Origin: an uncultured Gammaproteobacteria bacterium
GTDB taxonomy: Bacteria > Patescibacteriota > Patescibacteriia > Patescibacteriales > UBA12465
Reading direction: 5' to 3'
DNA length: 54,283 nucleotides
Assembly: GCA_964440365.1 (NCBI GenBank)
Contig: CAYTRX010000001.1
Location: 12,180 to 66,462, forward strand
The translations under genes and the position numbers were made by a program. This document shows, piece by piece, positions 45,881 through 53,780 of the stretch. Below the pieces are notes generated by a model. That model did not search any database. It was not told the origin of the DNA and saw nothing but the letters and a program-made list of their open reading frames with translations. Every line of letters starts with the position of its first letter. Positions within the stretch are counted from its first letter, which is position 1.

Positions 45881-46158
45881 TTATATAATATTATAAATAT
45901 AATATAAATATAATTATTTAAAATAATAAAAATATAAAATATGATAAGCGTCCAATTTTAATTAATAATTTATAGATTAATAATTAAATTATTTTTTATA
46001 AAAACAATTAAAAAGATTAGTTTTAAAAAAACATTTAAACTTAATAAGAAGAAGAATAATAATATATTATTTATATTTTGCTCAATTATTTAAATGATTA
46101 ATTTAATAAAAAATATATTTTATTAAATTATAAATAACATTTTTTAATAATATAAAAA

Positions 46159-46174
46159 TGTTCTGCGTGGAACA
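46159..46174. repeat. Palindrome copy R4, TGTTCTGCGTGGAACA
   Basis: Identical core to R2, and also followed by a T-run. Confidence 0.9.
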
Positions 46175-46346
46175 ATTTTTATTCAAAAAATTTTTTTACT
46201 TTATTCAAAAAATATTTTATATTTAAAAAATTAATGCTTTAATATATTATTTAATTTAAATATATTAATACAAAAACTATATTAAACAATAAATAATTAA
46301 AATGATAAAATAATTTAAATTTTAGATATATTTTTTAAAACATTAA

Positions 46347-46362
46347 TATTCTACGCAGAACA
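46347..46362. repeat. Palindrome copy R5, TATTCTACGCAGAACA (inverted orientation relative to R1/R2)
   Basis: The reverse complement is TGTTCTGCGTAGAATA. 26 nt (46353-46378) are the exact reverse complement of 44346-44371. Confidence 0.85.
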
Positions 46363-46433
46363 TTAAAGTATAAAATAATTTTGTTAAAAAATAATTAACA
46401 TTAAATAATGATACAAGTTATTTAAATATAAAT

Positions 46434-46449
46434 TGTTCTACGAGGAACA
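46434..46449. repeat. Palindrome copy R6, TGTTCTACGAGGAACA
   Basis: Read directly. The right flank TTAAATTTATTTT is shared with R1/R8. Confidence 0.85.
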
Positions 46450-46527
46450 TTAAATTTATTTTTTAAAAAATAAGCTTTTAACAAACTACTTAATAAAAAA
46501 ATATATATTATTTTATTTACTTATATT

Positions 46528-46543
46528 TGTTCTACGTAGAACA
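46528..46543. repeat. Palindrome copy R7, TGTTCTACGTAGAACA
   Basis: Perfect palindrome. It extends to the 26-bp ATATTTGTTCTACGTAGAACAAATAT at 46523-46548. Confidence 0.9.
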
Positions 46544-46661
46544 AATATGATTTAATATTACTTGTAAGAAACAAATTTATTTAATATTATTTTATTAACT
46601 ATAATTTATAAATTATAAAAGGTGAAAATATTATTTTATAATAAATAAGTTTATTTAATGA

Positions 46662-46677
46662 TGTTCTGCGTAGAACA
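46662..46677. repeat. Palindrome copy R8, TGTTCTGCGTAGAACA
   Basis: Identical core to R1. 19 nt, TGTTCTGCGTAGAACATTA, are shared with R1. Confidence 0.9.
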
Positions 46678-46700
46678 TTAAATTTAAAATTTCTTTAACA

Positions 46701-46733
46701 AAAAATAGACAAGTTTTAATTGTCTATTTTTAT
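46701..46733 (-). terminator. Rho-independent (bidirectional-looking) terminator downstream of yidC
   Basis: AAATAGACAA (46703-46712), loop gtttta, TTGTCTATTT (46720-46729), flanked by an A-run and a T-run. Confidence 0.6.
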
Positions 46734-46785
46734 CTTATATAAATTTATTTTAAATAATTGTTTTAAGTTTATGTTTAGAAAAATA

Positions 46786-47532
46786 TTAATTAACAACCTT
46801 CACAATATTTTCTTTTTCTTTTTTATTAACGCTTTTAAAGACCACAATCTGCTGAATAACTGTAAATAAGGTTGTTAGAAACCAATAAAAAGTTAATCCG
46901 GCTGGAAAGCTCATACCAATAATAATTGTAATTATTGGCATAACGTAAAGCATTTGTTTATTCATGATTGTTAACATTTTTTCATCCTTAGCGCCCTCTG
47001 TTTTAATCTCTGGTTTTTTAGCTTGAAGCATTTTGCTCTGCCAGAATTGAGCTAAACCAGCTAACACTGCTAATACAATACTCTTTTCTGAAAAATCAAT
47101 AAAACCAAGACCAAAAGTATTTATAATACCCCCCTCGGGTATACTAATAAAGGGATAGAGTAAATCTAAATGATTTTGAGCAAAACCATCTTTAAATACT
47201 CTAAAAATTGCGATTAAGAATGGCAATTGAATAAGCAAAGGCAAACAAGAAGAAAAAGGATTAACCTTATTTTCTTTATATAAACTCATTAAAGCTAAAC
47301 TCATTGCTTGTTGATCATCTTTATATTTTACTTTTAGCTCTTCAATTTTTGGTTGAAGGTCCTGCAAAGCTTTTTGTGATTTAATGGATTTACTTGAAAG
47401 GGGCCATAAAATAAGTTTGATTAAAAGAGTAATAACTATTATCGCAACCCCTAAATCACCAAAAATATTATAAATAAAAACTAATAAGTTTAAGATTGGT
47501 TGATAAAAAAAAGTGACAAAAAGTCCGTTCAT
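46786..47532 (-). CDS. yidC: Membrane protein insertase YidC (short type)
   Basis: PILNLLVFIYNIFGDLGVAIIVITLLIKLILWPL, KVNPFSSCLPLLIQLPFLIAIF, and synteny with rnpA-yidD. Confidence 0.9.
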   Translation of the reverse strand: MNGLFVTFFYQPILNLLVFIYNIFGDLGVAIIVITLLIKLILWPLSSKSIKSQKALQDLQPKIEELKVKYKDDQQAMSLALMSLYKENKVNPFSSCLPLLIQLPFLIAIFRVFKDGFAQNHLDLLYPFISIPEGGIINTFGLGFIDFSEKSIVLAVLAGLAQFWQSKMLQAKKPEIKTEGAKDEKMLTIMNKQMLYVMPIITIIIGMSFPAGLTFYWFLTTLFTVIQQIVVFKSVNKKEKENIVKVVN

Positions 47533-47577
47533 ATAATATAAAAAGTTAAATTATAATTAATGTTTTAAATATAAATT

Positions 47578-47850
47578 TTATTTTAAAGGGTCATGACCAC
47601 CCTTATTAAAAGGATTACAACGCAATATCCGCCAAATAGCCTTAAACCAACCTTTAAAGAAACCATATTTTTTAATAGCTTCTATTCCGTATTCGGAACA
47701 AGTTGGCGTAAAGCGACAATAACCATGTGGAAACATCTTTTTTAAAAATCCATGATCTGGTGATAAAGTTTTTTGGTAAACTCTAATAAAAAAAATACTA
47801 AGGTTTTTTGGTAAATTTAAAATAAGTTTTAAATAATCATTAATAGACAT
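47578..47850 (-). CDS. yidD: Membrane protein insertion efficiency factor YidD
   Basis: [10 protein letters not shown]....[38 protein letters not shown] is the YidD signature. Confidence 0.9.
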   Translation of the reverse strand: MSINDYLKLILNLPKNLSIFFIRVYQKTLSPDHGFLKKMFPHGYCRFTPTCSEYGIEAIKKYGFFKGWFKAIWRILRCNPFNKGGHDPLK

Positions 47851-47854
47851 ATTT

Positions 47855-48196
47855 TTATTTTAAAATCTTAGCTATTTTTAAAAGATTTAATAATGACTCT
47901 TCTAATTCTGAAAAATCTTTTTCATCTACCCCCTTTTTACTTATTAGTAAAAAATCAAAACCACTCTTTAAATTGTCTTTTTGGAGATAAAAAATAGATC
48001 TTAATCTTCGTTTTAATTTATTTCTTCTAACCGCTTTTTTGCTAACCTTAGCTGAAATCACAATACAAAATCTATTATTTTCAAGATTATTTTTTTTAAA
48101 TTTTAAAGAAAAATCTGAATTATAAAAAGATTTACTATTTTTTAAAACACTTTCTATTTCCTTATTTTTTCTAAGTCGATTCTCTTTTTTTAACAT
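47855..48196 (-). CDS. rnpA: Ribonuclease P protein component
   Basis: A small basic protein with the RNR-like motif [14 protein letters not shown], placed between rpmH and yidD. Confidence 0.85.
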   Translation of the reverse strand: MLKKENRLRKNKEIESVLKNSKSFYNSDFSLKFKKNNLENNRFCIVISAKVSKKAVRRNKLKRRLRSIFYLQKDNLKSGFDFLLISKKGVDEKDFSELEESLLNLLKIAKILK

Positions 48197-48225
48197 TTTT
48201 AGTGTTTTAATTATTCTTTTTAAAA

Positions 48226-48363
48226 TTATTTACTTAAAACTGCTCTGCCTTTATCACGTCGTCTTTTTAAAATATCTTGTCCGTCTTTAGTTTGCATTCT
48301 TTTCATAAAACCATGTTTTCTTTTAGCTCTTTTAGTATTAGGTTGAAATGTTCTTTTTGGCAT
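48226..48363 (-). CDS. rpmH: 50S ribosomal protein L34
   Basis: My own translation: MPKRTFQPNTKRAKRKHGFMKRMQTKDGQDILKRRRDKGRAVLSK. It is below the ORF-track cutoff but is an unmistakable L34 sequence. Confidence 0.9.
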   Translation of the reverse strand: MPKRTFQPNTKRAKRKHGFMKRMQTKDGQDILKRRRDKGRAVLSK

Positions 48364-48478
48364 ACAAAAAAAATAATTAACAATAATTATTTTAAATAAT
48401 TATAATTTTATTAGTAAGTAAATTATATTTTAATAAGATTTTTTTGTCAACTCAACTCAAAATATTTTAAATTTTAAT

Positions 48479-48904
48479 TTATTTATAACAAGTTTCAGCC
48501 ATTTCTGGGGGAAAATTATATTTTTCTAAAATAGAGCAGTCTGGATCAGAGGCCCCCGACCAAATTACTTCAATTTTTTTATCAAAAATAGCATAAAAAT
48601 AAATATTTCCCTGAGAACTGTCTAAATCTGAACTTAAAAAAATACCATTAATAAATCCCGGAGCTTCTCGAGCAATTAAAACTTCGGCGTTTTTACTATC
48701 AATTAAATATTTTTTAGCTAAAATATCTTTGATAAAATCTTCCCTTTCAGTAAAAGAAGTTTTTTTAAAAAGAGTAGTATTTTGCTGTTGATTATTAGAT
48801 AAATTTTCTACCCCCTTATTTTTAAAACTTAAAAAAACTAATAAAAATAAGATTAAAATTAATAAAAGGCTAAAGATTAAAAAAAATTTTTTTGTATTTT
48901 TCAT
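48479..48904 (-). CDS. Hypothetical N-terminally anchored protein (141 aa)
   Basis: ORF with one N-terminal TM (FFLIFSLLLILILFLLVFLSF). No recognisable family. Confidence 0.4.
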   Translation of the reverse strand: MKNTKKFFLIFSLLLILILFLLVFLSFKNKGVENLSNNQQQNTTLFKKTSFTEREDFIKDILAKKYLIDSKNAEVLIAREAPGFINGIFLSSDLDSSQGNIYFYAIFDKKIEVIWSGASDPDCSILEKYNFPPEMAETCYK

Positions 48905-49173
48905 AAATTATTTTTTTATTTTTATATATTTTATATATTTATTATAACATATTTTTTAAAATATAAAAAATAATTAACTGTCAATTATGTCCCATGGCTT
49001 AAACACTAATTTAAATTTAAAAGGCTTATAAAAAAATTCTTATAGATTTAAATATTAATAATTACATCACCAAGATAATATTAAGATTTCTACCACTTAT
49101 TTGGTTAGTTAATCTATAGTAACATTTTAAATGTCCCAACCGATAGGAGTAAAGTAAGATTATTTATGACCCA

Positions 49174-49251
49174 ATGTGAACTTATTGACAAAAAATAAAT
49201 AAAAATATATTATGTGAACTTATTGACAAAAAATAAATAAAAATATATTAT
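49174..49251 (+). promoter_or_regulatory. Tandem 38-bp duplication carrying two copies of a consensus promoter upstream of rplS
   Basis: ATGTGAACTTATTGACAAAAAATAAATAAAAATATATT occurs twice, with starts at 49174 and 49212. Each copy has TTGACA (49185-49190; 49223-49228), a 17 nt spacer and TATTAT (49208-49213; 49246-49251). Confidence 0.6.
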
Positions 49252-49303
49252 ATGAGGGCAAGAATTTTTCTTGTTTTTAATTATATAATATAAGTGAAAA
49301 AAT

Positions 49304-49657
49304 ATGTCAGAAAATAAAGAAACAAAAGTTATTGAGATGGATCTAAAGCCAGGAATGACTGTTAGAATTTATCAAAAAATCAAAGAATTAAATACTAAAG
49401 GAGAAGAAAAGGAAAGAATCCAATATTTTGAAGGTATGATTATTGCTAAAAAACATGGAAAAGAAAAAGGTGCTAGTATTACTGTTCGAAAAATATCTGA
49501 TGGAATTGGAGTTGAAAAAATATTTCCTTTAAATTTACCAACTATTACCAAAATTGAAATTAAAAAAATTGCTAAAGTTCGTCGAGCTAAATTAAATTTC
49601 TTAAAAAATAATTATAAGAAGAAGTTAAAAGAAAAAGTTGTAAAAGCGGTAAAATAA
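49304..49657 (+). CDS. rplS: 50S ribosomal protein L19
   Basis: GMTVRIYQKIKE...ERIQYFEGMIIAKKHGKEKGASITVRKISDGIGVEKIFPLNLPTITKIEI is the L19 pattern. Confidence 0.9.
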   Translation: MSENKETKVIEMDLKPGMTVRIYQKIKELNTKGEEKERIQYFEGMIIAKKHGKEKGASITVRKISDGIGVEKIFPLNLPTITKIEIKKIAKVRRAKLNFLKNNYKKKLKEKVVKAVK

Positions 49658-49662
49658 TTTTA

Positions 49663-49746
49663 GCCGAGGTGGTGAAATTGGTAGACACGCAAGCTTGAGG
49701 GGCTTGTAGGGGTAGCCCTGTGCAGGTTCAAATCCTGTCCTCGGCA
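49663..49746 (+). tRNA. tRNA-Leu (anticodon GAG), long variable arm
   Basis: GCCGAGGTGGTGAAATTGGTAGACACGCAAGCTTGAGGGGCTTGTAGGGGTAGCCCTGTGCAGGTTCAAATCCTGTCCTCGGCA. The anticodon stem is CAAGC/GCTTG and the loop is TTGAGGG. Confidence 0.9.
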
Positions 49747-49755
49747 CTCAATTTA

Positions 49756-49829
49756 GGGCGCATAGCTCAGTTGGCTAGAGCACTTCGTTTACACCGAAGG
49801 GGTCCAGGGTTCGAGTCCTTGTGCGCCCA
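49756..49829 (+). tRNA. tRNA-Val (anticodon TAC)
   Basis: GGGCGCATAGCTCAGTTGGCTAGAGCACTTCGTTTACACCGAAGGGGTCCAGGGTTCGAGTCCTTGTGCGCCCA. The anticodon loop is TTTACAC. Confidence 0.9.
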
Positions 49830-49838
49830 CAGAAAATT

Positions 49839-49866
49839 TAAACATCCTTTTGGATGTTTTTTTTAA
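49839..49866 (+). terminator. Rho-independent terminator after the rplS-tRNA cluster
   Basis: AACATCC, loop tttt, GGATGTT, followed by an 8-T run. Confidence 0.7.
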
Positions 49867-49914
49867 ATTAAAAAAATGTTAAAATATAAATATAAATTTT
49901 AATTATTTAAAATT

Positions 49915-50682
49915 ATGAAAAAAATAATCAAAAAATTTGTACCTAAAAAAATAATTAATTTAGGTTTAAAAATAATGAATTTTATAAATAAAATAGTGAC
50001 GCTTATAATTATAAAAATATATAAATTAAAATATAAAAATTTAATAATTAGAAAAGGAACAACTGACAGTGCTGTATTTAGAAGTATTTTTTTATTTAAA
50101 GAATTTAAATTACCAATAAAAATAACCCCTAAATTAATAATTGATGCTGGAGCATATACAGGTCTTTCTGCATTATATTATTCCTCAAAATATCCTTCGG
50201 CAAAAATAATTTGTATTGAACCAGAAAATTCTAATTTTGAAATCTTGGAAAATAACACAAAAAATTTACCTAATATAACAAGAATTAAAGCAGCATTATA
50301 TTACAAAAATGCATTTTTAAAAATAAAAGATACAGGAACTGGAAAATGGGGTTTTGTGGTTAAAGAAGTTTTTGAATCAGAAAATTTTGATATTAAAGCA
50401 ATTACTATTGAAGAAATATTAAAAAAATCAGGATATGATAAAATTGACATTCTAAAACTTGATATTGAAGGTTCAGAAAAACAATTATTTTCTAAAAATT
50501 ATCAAACATGGTTAGAAAAAGTTAATATTATAGTGCTTGAATTACATGACAGAATTGTTGATGGTTGTACAAAATCTCTTTATTCTGCAATTAATAAAAA
50601 TGAATGGAAAGAGTTTAAAAAAAATGAGAAAGTGATTTTAATTAAAAAAGATTATTATAAATCTCATTTCAACCAAGTTTAA
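49915..50682 (+). CDS. FkbM-family SAM-dependent methyltransferase
   Basis: IIDAGAYTGLSALYY...IEPENSNFEILENN...DILKLDIEGSEKQLF is the typical FkbM-family pattern. Confidence 0.7.
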   Translation: MKKIIKKFVPKKIINLGLKIMNFINKIVTLIIIKIYKLKYKNLIIRKGTTDSAVFRSIFLFKEFKLPIKITPKLIIDAGAYTGLSALYYSSKYPSAKIICIEPENSNFEILENNTKNLPNITRIKAALYYKNAFLKIKDTGTGKWGFVVKEVFESENFDIKAITIEEILKKSGYDKIDILKLDIEGSEKQLFSKNYQTWLEKVNIIVLELHDRIVDGCTKSLYSAINKNEWKEFKKNEKVILIKKDYYKSHFNQV

Positions 50683-50771
50683 TTTAAAATATATTTATAT
50701 TCTTAAATCTATTATATAGCACCAAAAACAAACTTTTTAATAAAGTTTGTTTTTTATTTTATATCCTAAAA

Positions 50772-50780
50772 TTATCCACA
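50772..50780 (+). promoter_or_regulatory. Perfect DnaA box TTATCCACA upstream of dnaA
   Basis: Exact match to the 9-mer consensus, about 100 nt upstream of the dnaA ATG. Confidence 0.6.
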
Positions 50781-50878
50781 CTTTATAAACAAGTTTTAAA
50801 CAAAAGCAAAATTGTTTTATTTGTTTTTTTAAAGTATAATAAAAATTGATTTTTAAAAAATTATTTATTTTAAAATAT

Positions 50879-52267
50879 ATGACTAATGAGCAAACTTGGC
50901 AAGCCGTTTTGGGTGAATTAGAGATTGGAATATCTCGTGTTAATTTTATAACTTGGTTTAAAAATACTTTTATTTATTCTATTGAAGATGGTGTGGTTAC
51001 TATTTCAGTACCTAATGATTTTACAAAAAAATGGTTGGAGCAAAAATATTATAAAGCAATAAAAAGTTCTATTGAAAAAATTAGTGAAAATAAAATTAAA
51101 GAAATAAATTTTAAAATAAATTTAAAGAAAAACGAAGAAGAAAAAAACTCAGAAAAAATCAGAGAAAAAAAAGAAAATATAAAAATTGATCCGAAAAATA
51201 ATTTTTCCTTAAATGAAAATAATGAAGCTAAAATAAATGTTAGTTGTTTCGGTCTTAATGCTAAATATGCTTTCTCAAATTTTGTTGTTGGAAAATCAAG
51301 TGAATTAGCTTACGCCGCCTGCCAAGCAATTGTTAATAATCCTGGTAAAGCTTATAACCCTTTATTTATTTATGGTGGAGTTGGTTTAGGAAAAACTCAT
51401 CTTTTACAAGCGATGGGAAATGAATTAGTAAAAAATGGTAAAAAAGTTTTATATACTACCAGCGAACAATTTACTAATAATTATATCGAATCTATTCGTA
51501 GTGGAAAAGCTAAAGAATTTAAAAATCAATATCGTAATGTTGATTTACTTTTAGTTGATGATGTTCAGTTCATGGGCGGAAAAGATGGTACCCAAGAAGA
51601 ATTTTTCCATACTTTTAATGAATTACAACAAGGTGATAAACAAATTGTTCTATCTTCTGATCGTCCACCTAAAGCTATTCCTGCTATTGAAAAAAGATTA
51701 ATTTCTCGTTTTGAATCTGGAATGGTAGTTGATGTTGGAAGACCTGATATTGAAACTAAAATAGCTATTTTAGAAAAAAAAGCTAAAGATAGAAACTATA
51801 TTATTGAAGAAGAGATCTTAAATTATATTGCTAATAGTATTCAAAATAATATTAGAGAATTAGAGGGAGCTTTAAATAAAATTATTGCTTATCACGAATT
51901 TCATAATTTAAAACCAAGTCTTAAAGTGGTAAAAAATATTTTAAATGATTTAATAAATAATAATCAAATTAAACCAATCTCCGCTAAAGATGTTATAGAA
52001 ATTGTTTGTCAATTTTATAATATTAACCATAAAGATTTAATTGGTAATAAAAGAAAAAAAGAATTAGTTATTCCTCGTCAAATAGCTATGTATATAATGC
52101 GCGAAGAATTAAAAATATCCTATCCAAGTATTGGAGAAGAATTAGGTGGAAGAGATCATACTACCGCAATGCATGCTTATAATAAAATTCAAAAAGAAAA
52201 AGATTTAGATAATAAAATAAATCAAGATATTCAATCTATTAAACAATTGATTTACGGATCTTTTTAG
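50879..52267 (+). CDS. dnaA: Chromosomal replication initiator DnaA
   Basis: W..VL.EL motif at the N-terminus, Walker A GGVGLGKTHLL, LLVDDVQF, IVLSSDRPP, and a C-terminal DNA-binding domain (RQIAMYIMRE...IGEELGGRDHTTAMHA). I prefer the start at MTNEQTW (ATG 50879). Confidence 0.95.
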   Translation: MTNEQTWQAVLGELEIGISRVNFITWFKNTFIYSIEDGVVTISVPNDFTKKWLEQKYYKAIKSSIEKISENKIKEINFKINLKKNEEEKNSEKIREKKENIKIDPKNNFSLNENNEAKINVSCFGLNAKYAFSNFVVGKSSELAYAACQAIVNNPGKAYNPLFIYGGVGLGKTHLLQAMGNELVKNGKKVLYTTSEQFTNNYIESIRSGKAKEFKNQYRNVDLLLVDDVQFMGGKDGTQEEFFHTFNELQQGDKQIVLSSDRPPKAIPAIEKRLISRFESGMVVDVGRPDIETKIAILEKKAKDRNYIIEEEILNYIANSIQNNIRELEGALNKIIAYHEFHNLKPSLKVVKNILNDLINNNQIKPISAKDVIEIVCQFYNINHKDLIGNKRKKELVIPRQIAMYIMREELKISYPSIGEELGGRDHTTAMHAYNKIQKEKDLDNKINQDIQSIKQLIYGSF

Positions 52268-52547
52268 AAGTGGTGGATATACTATTGATAAATATTTAAT
52301 AAGTTGTGTAGAAGAGTTGTATAAAATTTTATATTTTGTGAATAAAAAATAAAAAGAAAAATATATCCCCAATTTATTTTTTTCTATTCCACTTTTACTC
52401 ACATAATAATCAACAAGAAAAAAAAGATTTTAGATAATTAAAATAAGGAAAAAAATATTTTTTTCAACTTATCAACAAGCCTTATTATTACTATTAATAA
52501 ATATAATTTAAATATATAAAATATAAAATAAAATTAAATTTAAAAAT
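52268..52547. other. Candidate oriC segment in the dnaA-dnaN spacer (AT-rich, several DnaA-box-like 9-mers)
   Basis: 8/9 matches to TTATCCACA are TTATCAACA (52469-52477) and TTATTCACA (reverse complement of 52337-52345). 7/9 matches are at 52272-52280 (reverse complement) and 52407-52415. Long A/T tracts are present. Confidence 0.45.
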
Positions 52548-53675
52548 ATGAAATTTATCGTTTTAAAAGAAAATTTAAAACAAGCTTTAGTAAATACAGC
52601 TCATTTAAGTAATAGAAATATAAATTTAGCAATTCTTAATAATATTTTAATAAAAGCAAGAAAAGATGGGGTTGAAATTATTTCAACTAATTTAGAGCTT
52701 AGTGTTAATAATTTTATTAGAGCTAAAGTGGAAAAAGAAGGAGAATTTACAGTTGATGCAAAGATTATTAATGAATATATAAATTTACTACCAGATGACA
52801 AAATTGAGATTGAATTAAAAGATAATGAACTTTTTATTAAATGTCAAAATTACAAAACAAAAATTAAAGGTCAAGAAGCTAGTGAATTTCCAATTTTACC
52901 TAGTATTAATTCAGATTCTTATTATTCGGTAAATATTTTAGATTTAAAAAATGCCTTATCAAGTGTTGCTTTTTCAGCTTCAAATAATGAAAATCGAATA
53001 GAATTATCTGGTATTTTTTTTGATTTTAATGTTAATAACATTTTAACTTTAGTAGGAACTGATAGTTATAGATTGGCGGAAAAAACTATTAAATATCAAA
53101 AAAAAGGATCTCTTCCGGAAAGGAATTTTATTGTTCCCGCTAGAACGATTCAAGAATTAATAAGAATTTTAAATAATTTTAAAATAGAGGAGCAATTAGG
53201 TTCAGATGATGAGGTTAAAATTTATTTAAATGAATCTCAAATTTTTATATTTTTTAGCTCAATAAGATTAAGTTCAAGATTAATAAGTGGTTCTTATCCT
53301 GATTATAAACAAATTATACCTGATAAGGAAAAAACTATTATTTTAGTCAATAAAAATGATTTAGTAAAAGCTAGTAAGGCTGGAGGTATTTTTTCTAAAA
53401 CCGGAATTAATGATATTGGTATAAAAAATCAAAAAAATAGTTTACACATATATTCTAGTTCTAGTCAGGCTGGAGAAAATTTTGTTGATATTTCTTGTAA
53501 AACTAAAGGTGCTGATAATGAAATTTTTATTAATTATAAATATCTTTTAGAAGGGCTAAATGTAATAAATTCGGAAAATATTATTATTAAAATATTAGAT
53601 AATAATACTCCTTGTGTTGTTTTAGCAGAAAATGATAATTCATTTTTATATTTAGTGATGCCTTTAAAACAATAA
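52548..53675 (+). CDS. dnaN: DNA polymerase III beta sliding clamp
   Basis: MKFIVLKENL start, three-domain length (375 aa), LVGTDSYRLA motif, and a position directly after dnaA. Confidence 0.9.
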   Translation: MKFIVLKENLKQALVNTAHLSNRNINLAILNNILIKARKDGVEIISTNLELSVNNFIRAKVEKEGEFTVDAKIINEYINLLPDDKIEIELKDNELFIKCQNYKTKIKGQEASEFPILPSINSDSYYSVNILDLKNALSSVAFSASNNENRIELSGIFFDFNVNNILTLVGTDSYRLAEKTIKYQKKGSLPERNFIVPARTIQELIRILNNFKIEEQLGSDDEVKIYLNESQIFIFFSSIRLSSRLISGSYPDYKQIIPDKEKTIILVNKNDLVKASKAGGIFSKTGINDIGIKNQKNSLHIYSSSSQAGENFVDISCKTKGADNEIFINYKYLLEGLNVINSENIIIKILDNNTPCVVLAENDNSFLYLVMPLKQ

Positions 53676-53780
53676 AACTAAAAGGTGTAGTGTTTTTATT
53701 TTAAGTTGGTATTATTTAAATATGTATTGTTATTATATATTAATTATTGTAAAATATAGGTATAATAATTAAATATTTTT

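Noticed and set aside
46561-46576. Possible ninth, degenerate palindrome copy (CTTGTAAGAAACAAAT)
   Set aside because: Only the right arm (GAAACA) loosely resembles the motif, and the left arm and central CG are missing. This is too weak to call by eye.
44317-46677. CRISPR array interpretation of the repeated palindromes
   Set aside because: The conserved core is only about 16-26 bp. The spacing is highly irregular (45 to 294 bp). One copy is in inverted orientation. The 'spacers' are low-complexity A+T sequence, and there are no cas genes in the window.
44317-46677. LexA/Cheo-box (SOS box) or simple terminator-hairpin interpretation of the palindromes
   Set aside because: The Gram-positive SOS box is GAAC-N4-GTTC, whereas these sites are GTTCT-N4-AGAAC, the opposite arm order, and no SOS genes flank them. 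As hairpins they would have a 4-nt loop and a weak A/T-rich stem. Only R2 and R4 are followed by T-runs, so a terminator role cannot explain the whole family.
49251-49303. Small hairpin (CAAGAAtttttCTTG) between the duplicated promoter and rplS, as a possible L19 autoregulatory leader
   Set aside because: It is a 5-6 bp stem only. I cannot match it to the known L19 leader structure by eye, and it needs a covariance-model search before any claim.
52205-52402. Minus-strand 65-aa ORF spanning the dnaA 3' end and the dnaA-dnaN spacer
   Set aside because: It overlaps the dnaA stop region and the AT-rich putative origin spacer, and its translation is low-complexity. This region is more plausibly non-coding DNA bearing DnaA boxes.
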